A stretch of 64,000 nt of DNA. Origin: Alphaproteobacteria bacterium. Lineage in GTDB: Bacteria > Pseudomonadota > Alphaproteobacteria > GCA-2731375. Positions 19,730-30,113 of the stretch are shown here, one piece after another; positions within the stretch are counted from its first letter, which is position 1, and the number at the start of each line of letters is the position of its first letter. The stretch lies in NCBI GenBank assembly GCA_965225945.1, contig CBDDBZ010000031.1:64001-128000 (forward strand). Reading direction: 5' to 3'. The position numbers were made by a program, and so were the translations under genes. Under the pieces are notes generated by a model. That model did not search any database, was not told where the DNA came from, and worked only from the letters and a program-made list of their open reading frames with translations.

Positions 19730-20764
19730 TTGGGCGATTCGGCTGAGCGGTTCGCCTGGCCGCTCGACCTGGGGATGCCCCATGCAACGACGAAACGAGC
19801 CATGCCGGCAGCGGAAAAAACGATACGTTTGACGACGACACAGATGGCCTGTCTTGACGCCTTGGAGGAAGGCCTCCAAACCAAGACCAAGATCGCGCTC
19901 CATGTCGGGCAAAATCTGAGAAACGTCGCCGCCGCCCTGGAAATCCTTCGTGATGCCGGGCTGGTCGAGCACCGCGACGGCAACATCTGGCGACCGCTCG
20001 GGCGGAACCGTCACCGCGCGATCGATGTCGTTCCCGCCCCGAAGCGTCGTGGTCCTGGCCGCCCACCGGGAAGATCTGCCTCGGATACGGCGAATCGCAT
20101 GCTCGCCGCTCTTGAGCGGCCTCGCCACGGCCGGGCGTTGACGAAGCACCTCGGCGTCGCGCGGCAACGTGTGCATCAACTCATCGTTCAGTTGCACGCC
20201 GAGGGGCTCGTACGGATCGGCGATCCGGAAACGCCGATGCACATCATCGCCAGAAGTGAGGACGCCTCGATTCTGCTGACCCGTGACGAGGAACGCATTC
20301 TCTCCGCAGTTCCGGAGCGAACCTCCGCGACCGCGCCCCGGTTGAGCGTCGCCACGAGAGTGCCCCACGACCGCCTGCTCGCCATGATATCGGCACTCCA
20401 AGCCAAGGGTATGCTGGAGCAGGTCGAAACCAATCGAGGGCAGGCGTCGTACCAATTGACGGCCGAGGGTCGAGATCATTTCCAACGTGATACGACCAAA
20501 CCCATGGCCACGCCGCTACCGCTACCGGTCAGATCGCAACGAGTCTTCGATGTGCTTGGCTATATCTCCGAGCTGGGCGAGGCGCGGATCGTGGAAATCG
20601 GGCACGCCTTCGGGATCTCGCAACAAATCATAAATGGCCTGATGCAGTCTCTGAAGAGCAGGGGATTGGTCGAAAAAAAAGAAGGCGATCGGTACGCCCC
20701 ATATGTGTTGACCGACGATGGAAAAGCTACCTTGGAAGGGCTGGTGCGCAATCATTCACGTTGA
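19730..20764 (+). CDS. Multi-winged-helix (MarR-like repeats) DNA-binding protein; start uncertain (19730/19775/19802)
   Basis: About four repeats of helix..L...GLV...Y.LT..G (LRDAGLVE, LHAEGLVR, LQAKGMLE..YQLTAEG, LKSRGLVE..YVLTDDG). Confidence 0.72.
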   Translation: MGDSAERFAWPLDLGMPHATTKRAMPAAEKTIRLTTTQMACLDALEEGLQTKTKIALHVGQNLRNVAAALEILRDAGLVEHRDGNIWRPLGRNRHRAIDVVPAPKRRGPGRPPGRSASDTANRMLAALERPRHGRALTKHLGVARQRVHQLIVQLHAEGLVRIGDPETPMHIIARSEDASILLTRDEERILSAVPERTSATAPRLSVATRVPHDRLLAMISALQAKGMLEQVETNRGQASYQLTAEGRDHFQRDTTKPMATPLPLPVRSQRVFDVLGYISELGEARIVEIGHAFGISQQIINGLMQSLKSRGLVEKKEGDRYAPYVLTDDGKATLEGLVRNHSR

Positions 20765-20995
20765 ACCGCAGCCGCAACGGCATCTCGTTGCCGACGAATT
20801 TGTGGACCGTCAAGGCATAGAAGCGCTCACCCAGGTAGGCTATGGTTTCCGCCGTATTTCCCAACTTCGCCGCGCCGGTGGAAATGGTGGATTCGGGGGT
20901 GAGGATAGGAGGCGACCAAGGGCGGATGCTCGACCCGCCGCTTCCCGCCGACGGCATAAATTCCAGGCATCACTCCTCAACGCACCGTGTTGAGA

Positions 20996-21111
20996 TGTTC
21001 CCGCTCTGGTAGGTTCACAGAAACGGTGGTCTACGTGAATTCACAAAACCCTATTTAAATCAGTTGGTTATCCCCAGGCAGGCCAGATGGAGTATACTCC
21101 TGCCGCGAGTG
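20996..21111 (+). repeat. Cassette-boundary repeat R4
   Basis: TGTTCCCGCTCTGGTAGGTTCACAGAAACGGTGGTCTACGTGAATTCACAAAACCCTATTTAAATCAGTTGGTTA..GTATACT..GCGAGTG. Confidence 0.88.
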
Positions 21112-21317
21112 ACGGAGTTTCGGCTTTCAGGGTGACTCCGGTCATGGGGGCCGTCGCCCGGTTCGTCCGGGTATGACCCATTTAAGACATCGAGTACGAT
21201 GTGTGAAGCGGGCGTATCAAGCGGATAGACAGTCGTCGTCGAAGCGCTGTTCCAGCGGCTCTGACAAATTAAAATCGACCAATATCCCCCGCCCCCGATC
21301 ATGCGGTCGGATTATCG

Positions 21318-22574
21318 TTATTGCTTGTACGGGTAGACGATGGCGCCTGATTTCACGCTCTCCGGATAGAGCACGATGCGCTTGCCGGCGTGCTTGAACT
21401 GTTCCAAGTCGTTGGGCGCGACGTCGCGGAACTGAACCAGCAAGGTCCGCGTCTTCGCCCACTCGCCGTTCTTGCCGAAAGTAACGGGACCGACCACCGT
21501 TTCGAAGGTCGTGGCGTGGATGTATTCGGCGATCGCCTTCTGATCGAGGCTGCCGACCGCGTTCACCGCCTGACCGAGAACCTGCAGGTAGGCATAGGCG
21601 AAGGGCGGCAGGTAATGCCCCAGGGGATCGACCTTCTTGCCCTTGGCGGCGGCCTGGTACTTCTTCAGAAAGGCCTCGACGCCCTCGAAATCGAGGGTCG
21701 GCTCGGGCACCCAGAAATCATAGTTGACGATGTTGTTCAGCATCGGGCCCAGGTTCTTCTGGATTGCCGCGAACTGCAGGCCGACCATGCCGCCGCCGAA
21801 CATCTTGGCCTCGAGGCCGAGTTCGTTCGCCGCCTTGACCAGGCCGACCGAGCCATGCGGATAGGAGCCCATGAAGACGAGATCGGCGCCCGAGGCCTTG
21901 ATCGCCCGGATCACCGGCGTCAGGTCGCTGGAGCCGAACGGGAAGGTCTTGTCGTAGACGATCTCCAGGCCGACTTTTTCGGCATTGATGCGAGCGCCCG
22001 AAACGACGTTGCGGGCGAACTCCGCGTCCTCGGCCAGCAGCGCGATGCTCTTCGGCTTCGGACTCTGCGCCATGGCCAGCGCGAAGAATCCCCGGGTCGA
22101 GTCCACTTTGGGCACCGGGCCCGCCGGTAGGATCTGGAAATAGCGGTCGTAGTCGAAGCGGTCGTTGACGGCGAGCCCGAACAGCGCCATGAAAACCAGC
22201 CCCTTGCGCATGACGATGGGCATGGCCGGCGAGATCACGTTGGTGCCGTAGCTGGAGACCACCAGATCCACCTTGTCGACGTTGAGAAGCTTGCTGTAGA
22301 TGCCGGGCACCTTGGACGGCGTGGTGGCGTCGTCGTAGTAGACGAACTCGACCTGCCGGGCGAGCAGGCCGCCCTGCTTGTTGACGTCCTCGCGCCAGAT
22401 TTCCATGGCGATCAAGGCCGCCTTTCCGGCGCCCGCGAGCGCCCCGGTGAGCGCCATGGAGAAGCCGATCTTGAGCGGCTCCGCCCCCCGCGCCACGACC
22501 GGGGCCAAAAGCAGGGCGGCGACCAGCGTCCCGCCGAGCGTCATCATCCGGCGCGTGGTCGTGAAATTCTCCAA
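21318..22574 (-). CDS. Branched-chain amino acid ABC transporter substrate-binding protein (orphan)
   Basis: Signal peptide, LKIGFSMALTG.LA, VYYDD, LivJ-type architecture. Confidence 0.9.
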   Translation of the reverse strand: MENFTTTRRMMTLGGTLVAALLLAPVVARGAEPLKIGFSMALTGALAGAGKAALIAMEIWREDVNKQGGLLARQVEFVYYDDATTPSKVPGIYSKLLNVDKVDLVVSSYGTNVISPAMPIVMRKGLVFMALFGLAVNDRFDYDRYFQILPAGPVPKVDSTRGFFALAMAQSPKPKSIALLAEDAEFARNVVSGARINAEKVGLEIVYDKTFPFGSSDLTPVIRAIKASGADLVFMGSYPHGSVGLVKAANELGLEAKMFGGGMVGLQFAAIQKNLGPMLNNIVNYDFWVPEPTLDFEGVEAFLKKYQAAAKGKKVDPLGHYLPPFAYAYLQVLGQAVNAVGSLDQKAIAEYIHATTFETVVGPVTFGKNGEWAKTRTLLVQFRDVAPNDLEQFKHAGKRIVLYPESVKSGAIVYPYKQ

Positions 22575-22743
22575 AATCGACTACCACCCCCGTTGCTCGA
22601 TCGGGCCGGTGCCCAAATAGCGCTCCCGGGCTGGTGGCGATGGTAGCACGAAGCGGGCCAGCGGCCGCATGAAGTCGCCTGGAATATAGACCAGGGCGTG
22701 ACGTTGGAGCCGGCGGCGCGCGCTGGCCGAGGGACAAAACAGC

Positions 22744-22779
22744 CGGGAGCGGGGGAGGCTTGCGCCTCCCCCGCTCCCG
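22744..22779. terminator. Strong GC hairpin, probable terminator
   Basis: CGGGAGCGGGGGAGGC-TTGC-GCCTCCCCCGCTCCCG just after the stop of the minus-strand gene at 22811. Confidence 0.6.
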
Positions 22780-22810
22780 CTCGGATACACCGCTCTCCTC
22801 CGCGGCACCT

Positions 22811-23130
22811 CTATCCGCACCGCTGGAAACAGTAGAGATGAGCCAGGTTGTCGCAGGTTGGCGACCCACTCTTACCTATCCATACCTGCGTCAGCGCGAA
22901 AGCCGAGCCACGCAACCCGTCAGAGGCCGCGGTTCCGTCCGTCCAGTCGTTGCACGCGTTCCCAAAATAGGTGCCGGGGGTCAGGCCAAGACCATTCGCG
23001 CCGATTGTACCGGTCCAGACCTCGTCCGTCCCAGCGAAGCCGAAGCCGAATTCGTCCCGATCGATGGAATCGAAGAGCAGCGTGGCACCGAACAGCCCGG
23101 CCTTGTCATCCGCCAACGGTACGCCATCGG
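22811..23130 (-). pseudogene. C-terminal fragment of a DUF1554/endostatin-like Cys-rich secreted protein
   Basis: VWTG....NACNDWT..G..W...C....HLYCFQ; no 5' end. Confidence 0.65.
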
Positions 23131-23154
23131 AGCGAATATATCCGTCTAGATTCT

Positions 23155-23558
23155 CGGGCAGGCCGGAGGAATCGATCGCCGCGATGGATAATGCGCTCAG
23201 GCTCAGCCCGCATGACCCCTACCATTGGATTTTCCTGACGATACGGGCGGGGGCCCTCGCGATTGCGAAGCGCCATGACGAGGCCCTGGCGAGCGCCAAT
23301 GAGGCGGTGCGGCATCCCGGCGCCAAGCTGACGGCCGTCGTGATACAAGCGGGATGTCTGGCACTCGTCGGGCAACCCCAGGAAGCGCGCGCGGCATTGG
23401 ACAGGGCGCGCCAGTTCAAGCCGGACCTCTCGGCGGACTATCTCAAAATAATCTGGCCCATGAAGAACCCGCACGAATTCGACTATATTATCGACGGCCT
23501 CCGCGACCTCGGCCTGCCGGAGGGCGACGACGTTCGCGACGGGGCCTGCTCAGCATAG
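23155..23558 (+). pseudogene. C-terminal TPR fragment, paralogue of 30683-31031
   Basis: GRPEESI.AMDNALRLSPHDPYHWIFLT.RAGALAIAKRH... nearly identical to the regulator C-terminus. Confidence 0.88.
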
Positions 23559-24548
23559 GACCAGCCCGCCGCTGCCCAAGCCCTTGCTCCGCCCCCTGTA
23601 CGATTGTTTCACAGGGAGCTTAACAGGCCGGATTTGACGGATGCCAAGCCGCTACTTGACGAACTCTCTTGGGCCCGTTTCTGATGCGGTGGACGGCTCC
23701 CGCCTCCGGCATCATAACACGTAACATTGCGGTTGCTGTTGACGGATCGCCAATGGAGAGTGGCCCATATTTTAGTTAATATGAATGTCAAGTCTTGACC
23801 CAAATGAGACCTCGTGGAGGGTTACACGACCATTGACCGGGAGACAAATGGTGGCGTTCGATGATTGCGCAAGGCCGGTCTTGGCCCAAGGTCTGGGTGC
23901 GGCGGTCTTCGCTGGCGTTGGCGCGGAAATAGCCGGGGGAAGCTATGTGCCTCCACCCGGCTATCGGCCGGCGGCGGGACCGGTCAGGAGGCAGCCTGGA
24001 GCCCGCCCCCGCGCCGACCGTCGATGGTCTCCGCTCAGCCCCGCGCCGCCTGGGCGACCTGGGTGAGCAGGGCGTTGATCGTGGCTTGCAGATCGCAATC
24101 GCGGATCCAGTCGTTTTTGTCCGCGGCGTCGGCGTCGGCACAGCCGTTGAACTTGCCCAAGAGGCCGTTGCCGGTGAGCAGGCTGACCGCGTCGTAATCG
24201 CCGGCTTCAAGGCGCTGTAACACCTTGCCGAGCTTATAGGTCAACCGCTTGACCTTCTTCGGGTTGGTGAACAAAGCCACATCCGCGTTGGCGATCAGAT
24301 CGATGGCCTCGATCAGCGGCGCGGTGATGGCATCGGTGTCGGAGAGTACGGCTTCGATGGTGACCATTGCCGGCGCGCTGGCGAGGTTGCCGTCAAAGAC
24401 CACCAAGCTGGCCTGATAGCTGCCGGGCTGGTCGGGGACGAAGCTGGGGCTCGCCGCGCCAGGGTGGTCGAGGGACGAGACACTGGCCTCGGGCACGGTG
24501 CCGAGGGTCCAGTTGTAGCTCAAGTCATCGCCATTGGCGTCACTGCTG

Positions 24549-25888
24549 GATTGAGCAACCTGATGTGTGGAAATTCGGAACGCCGTTGATCAGTCATCCT
24601 CTGCTTTCCAAGTGATGTAGGGTTTTTCGGTGGTTTCCCATTTCTCGTCGATTTCGACGAGGATGGCGGTGACCAGACGTTCGAGCGAGGCCTCGTTGGG
24701 AAAGACCCTGACCTTTACGGTGCGGCGCTTGATCTCCTGCTGGATGGATCGCTCCATGGGGTTCGAGGTTCGCATGCGCTTTTGGTGGCGCTCGGGCAGG
24801 GCGAAGACGGCGAGGCCCTCGGGGATCGCCGTCTCCAGCCAATCGGCGAGCTTGGGGGCGCTGTCGCGGTAGGCCGCCACCAGATGGCCCAGCTCGGCCT
24901 CGGCGGCCTTGCCGTCGGCGGCATTCCAGACCCGGCGCAGCTCCTTGCCGATGGCCTTTCGGATGGCGAGGTTGGGGGCGTGATGGATGGCGTTTTGAGC
25001 CAGATGGTACTGACAGCGCTGCCAGACGGCGCCGCCGAGGACGGCCTTGCGCGCGGCGCCGAGGCCTGGATGATCATCGGAAACGATATAGGCGACACCG
25101 CGCATGCCACCGGCAACCAGGGTCTCCAGGAAGGCGCGCCAGTGCACTTCGGCCTCGGAGAGCGCACAGGAAACACCGAGCACCCGGCGGCGCTGGTCGG
25201 GGCCGATGCCGATCACCGAGAGCACGGCGGCGTCGCGCACCACGCCACCCTCTCGGACTTTCTCATAGCGCGCGTCGAGGAGCAGGTAGCGGATCTCGCC
25301 CAGCGGCCGGTTGCGCCAGGCATCCAGCTCCCCATCCAAGAGCTTGGCGGCGCGGCTGACCTGGCTCGACGACAGGCTCTCCAGGCCGAACTCGCGCATC
25401 ACCGCCTCGGCGTCACGGGTGGAGACGCCTTTGATATACATCTCCGCCACGGCCAGCATGACAGCGCGGCAGGAGCGCCGTCCGCGCTCCAGGGCTTGGG
25501 GGTAAAAAGGCGCCTCATGACCGGCGGTCTTGGGAACCTCGAGCCTCACCGTACCGGCCGGGGTGTCGATCTTCTTGGGTCTGGTGCCGTTGGCGTATCC
25601 CCGCCGCTCGGGCGTGCGCTCATAGTGGCCGGCGCCCAAGAACCTCTCCCGCTCGATCCGCATGGCGAGATTGAAAAGGCCGGCGAAGACCGTCGCCATG
25701 TTCTCGCTACCGCCTTCGATCAATTGTTCCACCAAAGCCTCGACAGCGCTATCCTGGTCTTTCCGCATACTGGTTCTCCATGTTTGTTTGGACGCTTTCA
25801 TGGATAACCAAAATGACGGATCGCCCCGCGCCGGGGTATACCCCGGCGCGGGGCGAAGCCAAATTTCCAGACCTCACGCTACACAAGC
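24549..25888 (-). mobile_element. IS256-family element copy B
   Basis: Same sequence as copy A; TSD CACTGCTG (right copy carries a 4-bp GCGC insertion). Confidence 0.95.
24590..25801 (-). CDS. IS256-family transposase
   Basis: Identical protein to 16748-17959. Confidence 0.95.
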   Translation of the reverse strand: MKASKQTWRTSMRKDQDSAVEALVEQLIEGGSENMATVFAGLFNLAMRIERERFLGAGHYERTPERRGYANGTRPKKIDTPAGTVRLEVPKTAGHEAPFYPQALERGRRSCRAVMLAVAEMYIKGVSTRDAEAVMREFGLESLSSSQVSRAAKLLDGELDAWRNRPLGEIRYLLLDARYEKVREGGVVRDAAVLSVIGIGPDQRRRVLGVSCALSEAEVHWRAFLETLVAGGMRGVAYIVSDDHPGLGAARKAVLGGAVWQRCQYHLAQNAIHHAPNLAIRKAIGKELRRVWNAADGKAAEAELGHLVAAYRDSAPKLADWLETAIPEGLAVFALPERHQKRMRTSNPMERSIQQEIKRRTVKVRVFPNEASLERLVTAILVEIDEKWETTEKPYITWKAEDD

Positions 25889-28800
25889 CACTGCGCGCTG
25901 GCGGAGCCGTCGAGGGTAACCGTCTTGCCGACCGTCACCACCAATTTGTCCGCCGTCGCGTCGGCCACCGGCGCCAGGTTGAGGGTGCTGACCGTGACGG
26001 TGTCCAACTCACTGGCGCCGCCCAGGGCGTCAAAGACCTGCAGAGTGATGACATAATCACCGTAGGCGTCGATGGTGATGCTGGGCGTTGCCGAGCCGTT
26101 ATCGACCAGGGTGGCGGTGCTGCCGTCCGGTTGTTGGCTCAGCGACCAGGCGTAGGTGATGGCGTCGCCGTCATCATCGTAGCTTCCCGCGCCGTCCAGG
26201 TTCACCAGTTCGCCGAGGGAGGTGGCTTGATGGTCGGCGCCGGCATCGGCCACCGGGGCGGTGTTGTTGGTCGAGATGACAACCTCGTTCGGCGCGCTGG
26301 CATTGCCGGTGTCGGTGTCGGTGACCACCAGCGCGACGCGGTAGTCGCCGGCCACATCGGCGATAAAGGTCGGGTTGGCCGCCACCGGGTTGTCCAGAAC
26401 CGCCTGGCTACCGTCGGGCTTCGACGTAAAGCTCCAGTCATAGATCAGGATCGGGTCGGCATTGCCGGTGGTCGAGCCGCTGCCCATCAACATGACCACT
26501 TCGCCCTGGTGCACGGTCTGGTCGTCGCCGGCGTTGGCGATCGGGGCGTCGATGATCTCGATCGTGACGGTCGCCGGTTTGCTGGTTTTTTCGGTGTTGT
26601 CGGTCAGCACGTAGGTAAAGCTGTCGCCGCCGTGGAAATCGGAGTTTGGCGTGTAGGTGACGACGCCATCCACCAGTGACACCGTGGCCTGGCCGGAAGC
26701 CGGGTTGCTCAATTCGAGGGTCAGGTTCTCATTTGCGGTATCGAAGTCGAAATCATTGGCCAGCAGATCGGCGACGGGAATTTGTAGCGCCGCGCCGAGC
26801 AACCGCCGCACCACGTCATTCGTGGCCACGGGGCGTTGATTTGGCAGCCCGGCATTGTAGTGGGCTGTAACGTCTTCTTGTGTAAGAATACGGTCATACG
26901 CGGCAATGAGATACACGCTGCCGCCGAACGGCGTTGGTGGTTCACCATCGCTATGCGTAACCCGGCCAAATCGTGCCACACTGAGAGGATGCGACACCTT
27001 CAGCGGAATATCTTCCGGCCGTACAAACTTGCCAAAATCAGTAGAACTGAAAAATCGTTGACCATCGATAAATACCTCATAAAAGGTTTCAACCCCGATG
27101 TTGAAGACAACATGATGAAGCTTCTTTACGGGAAAGCCTGTCACCTCTAGGTCTGTGAATATATGATTACGACAGCCGGTCTCCGTCGTCCATGTGTGTT
27201 GAAGATTAAAGCTTTGCCGACCCGTAAACAGCCCATCAAATTGCCCACATAAATAGATGTTCGCGACACTGAAATAGGCTACCGGGCCTTCGGTAAAATC
27301 GGGTTCGAAGTCATTGACGATCCACATCTCGATCGACCATGCGGTCAGACCGTTATACAGCAGCCGATGCGTTCCAACATCGCCCCGCAGCGCCTCCGTT
27401 TCGGCGTTGGCCGTGATTTGCATGCCGGTGGAGCTTTCGTACCACCGGACGGCGGCCGGGTTCATTCTGAGATCGTAATCGGCGCTGAAAGCGTCGGCGG
27501 CGACTGGTCCCACCCCTGATTCGAAGGTGTACAAGTTGATCAGGCCATTTGTCTTTCGGGTCTCAAAGGAGCCGTCCCCGTGCATGTGTTGGCGCACCTG
27601 ACACGGGTCCGAGGGGTCATCGCAGTTGGTTGACGACGATTTATCATGTGTGGCCAATGCCGGCCCGGCCAAGAACGAAACCATCACCGCGGTAGTGAGA
27701 AATTTTACGGTCTTGATAAACATAGCTGCCCCCTGCTTTCACGATTGCCGGGGTGGAGGATTCCGCCTCGACGTCGGATGACAGGATGGCGGGCAGGCGT
27801 TAAATCAGCCGAAGCTCGGGCGTTATCCAAACGTGAAAAATGGACCCGAGGCGTGAAAAATGGGGCTCGGGTCGAAGCGCCGACGGCAGCCGGCGGGGGC
27901 CGTCCGAAGTCGAGGCCCGGGGAATTTTCACTTTGTCGCTAATGTTCAGGTTATCGGGCATGATGTCGCCCATGGCTCGAACAACACTGACACTGCTCGG
28001 CGGCTTCCGCCTGTCGATCGATGGTGAAGCGGTCGCCCTGCCGACCCGCAAGGCCGAGGCGTTGCTGGCCTTTCTGGCGCTCAGGCCGGATGAGCGCCAC
28101 GGGCGCGACACAGCTGGCGGCGCTCCTCTGGGTCCAGCAGACCGACGCGCAGGCCCGGCTCAACCTGCGCCAATGCCTCGCCAGCCTGCGCAAGGCCATG
28201 GGCGCCGCCGCGGCAACGGTCATCGATGCGGACCAGGCAAGCATCATGTTGCGCGGGGACGCGATCGACGTCGATGTCGGTACGCTCGGGCAATTGGCGA
28301 AGGGGCGGGCGACGCCAGCGCTGGCCGAGGCGGCCGGGTGCTGCAAGGGCGAACTCCTGGCGGGTCTCAATCTGCGCGAAGAAGGCTTCGAGGACTGGCT
28401 GAGCCTGGAACGGCGGACGGCGCGCAGGCTGCAGGCCGACGTGCTGCGGCGCCTTGCCGAAGACCGGCTCGCGGACGGTGACGGCGAGGCAGCGGCAGCG
28501 GCGGCGGAACAGCTGGCGCGTCTGGAGCCGCTCGACGAGCAAGCCCAGCGCTTGACCATGCGCGCCCTTGCCGCGGCCGGGCGGCGCAGCGCCGCGCTGA
28601 CCCACTATCAGGCTTCCAAGGCGCTGCTGGAGCGCGAGCTCGGCGTCCAGCCGGAGGCCGAGACGACGGCGCTTCTGGAGGCGATCAAGGCCGCCGAGGA
28701 CGGTGGCGGGGCCGTGCCCCAAGCCCTTGCCGAGGCCACGCCGGCCGCACCCCTAAATTCACCTGAGACGCCGCCAGACCGGCCGGCGATCGCGGTGCTG

Positions 28801-29035
28801 CCCTTCACCAACATGAGCGGCGATCCCGAGCAGGAATATTTCGCCGATGGTATCGTCGAGGATCTCATCACCGCCTTGTCGAGGTATCGCTGGTTTCCCG
28901 TGGTCGCGCGAAACTCCACCTTCACTTATAAGGGCCGCGCCGTCGATGTCGCCGAAGTCGGCCGCGAACTTGGGGCCCGCTACGTGGTCGAGGGCAGTGT
29001 GCGCAAGGGCGGGGATCAGGTCCGCATCACGGTAC

Positions 29036-30113
29036 CGTCCCTATCTGGTTAAAGCAGGATGGGCTCCGAATGTTCTTGATATGTTCTCCATAGAGGTGTA
29101 GGCTGATCGCATCGGCTGGAGCTTTTGGAGGACTATTCGATGAGCGGGATATTGGAGTTCCTCGAACGCCATGGATCGGAGGCGGACTGCATCGAGGCGC
29201 TGGCTCGGCTGCGCTGGCCGCAAGGCTACGTCTGCGCGCGTTGCGGCGAGAGGCGGAACTACCAATTGAAGACGCGGCCGCGGGTCTTCGAATGCGCCGG
29301 TTGCGGCCATCAGGAATCGGTGACCGCGGGCACGGTCTTCCACCGCACCCGCACACCGTTGCGCAAATGGTTCCTGGCGGCGTGGTGGATGGGGCGCGAC
29401 AAGCGCGGGGTCTCGGCGCTGTTTCTGTCGCGAGAGTTGAGCCTGCGCTACGACACCGCCTGGCTGATGGCCCACAAGCTGCGCCATGCCCTGACGGAGC
29501 GCCCGGAGTTCCCGCTGGAGGGCTTGGTCGAGGTCGACGAGAGCTATTACGGCGGGCGGGGCAAGCCGGAGAGCCGGGGGCGCGGGCTTTCCAACCCGAA
29601 CAAGAGCCTGTTGGTGATGGCGGTCAAGAAGTGGCCGGTCGGGTCGGGCAAGGGCATCAAGGGGAGCGGCTTCGCCGCCGGCGCCGCGCGGCTCGCCATC
29701 CTGCCCGAGGCCACCGCCCGTGAGTTGGGCGACTTCGTGCGCGCCTCGGTGAAGCCGGGAAGCCGCCTCGACAGCGACGCTTTCAAGAGTTACGCCAAGC
29801 TTGGCGATACTTATCGCCACCAGCCCGTCGTTCAAGGCCAAGGCAAGAACGCCGAGCAGCTCATGCCGGTCGTCCATGTCCTGTTTTCCAACGTGAAGAC
29901 GTGGCTCAACGGAACCTACCACGGGGTGAGCGCCAAGCATTTGCCGCGCTACGTCCGGGAATGGAACTACCGCTTCAACCGGCGCAAACGCATCTTCGAC
30001 CTTGCCGATTTCGTGTTGCACCGCGCCATGACCCGACCGACCATCACCTAAAGGGAACTGGTCGACGGTATACAATCGCAGGGAGCGCTGCCTGCCTTAA
30101 CCGGATAGGGACG
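29036..30113 (+). mobile_element. IS1595-family element
   Basis: 22-bp IR CGTCCCTATC(T/C)GGTTAA(A/G)GCAG; 8-bp TSD CACGGTAC. Confidence 0.95.
29140..30051 (+). CDS. IS1595-family transposase (possibly clipped by a late TAA)
   Basis: RWP.G..C..CG zinc ribbon, VEVDE.Y.GG, HGVS.KHL.RY..E..YRFNRR. Confidence 0.93.
   Translation: MSGILEFLERHGSEADCIEALARLRWPQGYVCARCGERRNYQLKTRPRVFECAGCGHQESVTAGTVFHRTRTPLRKWFLAAWWMGRDKRGVSALFLSRELSLRYDTAWLMAHKLRHALTERPEFPLEGLVEVDESYYGGRGKPESRGRGLSNPNKSLLVMAVKKWPVGSGKGIKGSGFAAGAARLAILPEATARELGDFVRASVKPGSRLDSDAFKSYAKLGDTYRHQPVVQGQGKNAEQLMPVVHVLFSNVKTWLNGTYHGVSAKHLPRYVREWNYRFNRRKRIFDLADFVLHRAMTRPTIT

Larger units (their letters stand above)
24035..27723 (-). pseudogene. 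Secreted LamG-like + cadherin/Big + PKD(REJ)-repeat surface protein, interrupted by IS256
   Basis: Signal peptide; repeats P.A.AG.DQ..V.LDGSGS.D.DGD..Y.W; frame rejoins as TLDGSASSDANGDDLSYNW across the IS. Confidence 0.85.

Noticed and set aside
13954-21111. CRISPR array or integron attC array as the explanation for repeats R1-R4
   Set aside because: Repeats are ~115 bp with gene-sized intervals; there are no cas genes, no intI, no RYYYAAC...GTTRRRY ends and no full-length hairpin.
16707-25888. Composite transposon formed by the two near-identical IS256 copies
   Set aside because: Each copy has its own distinct TSD, so they inserted independently.
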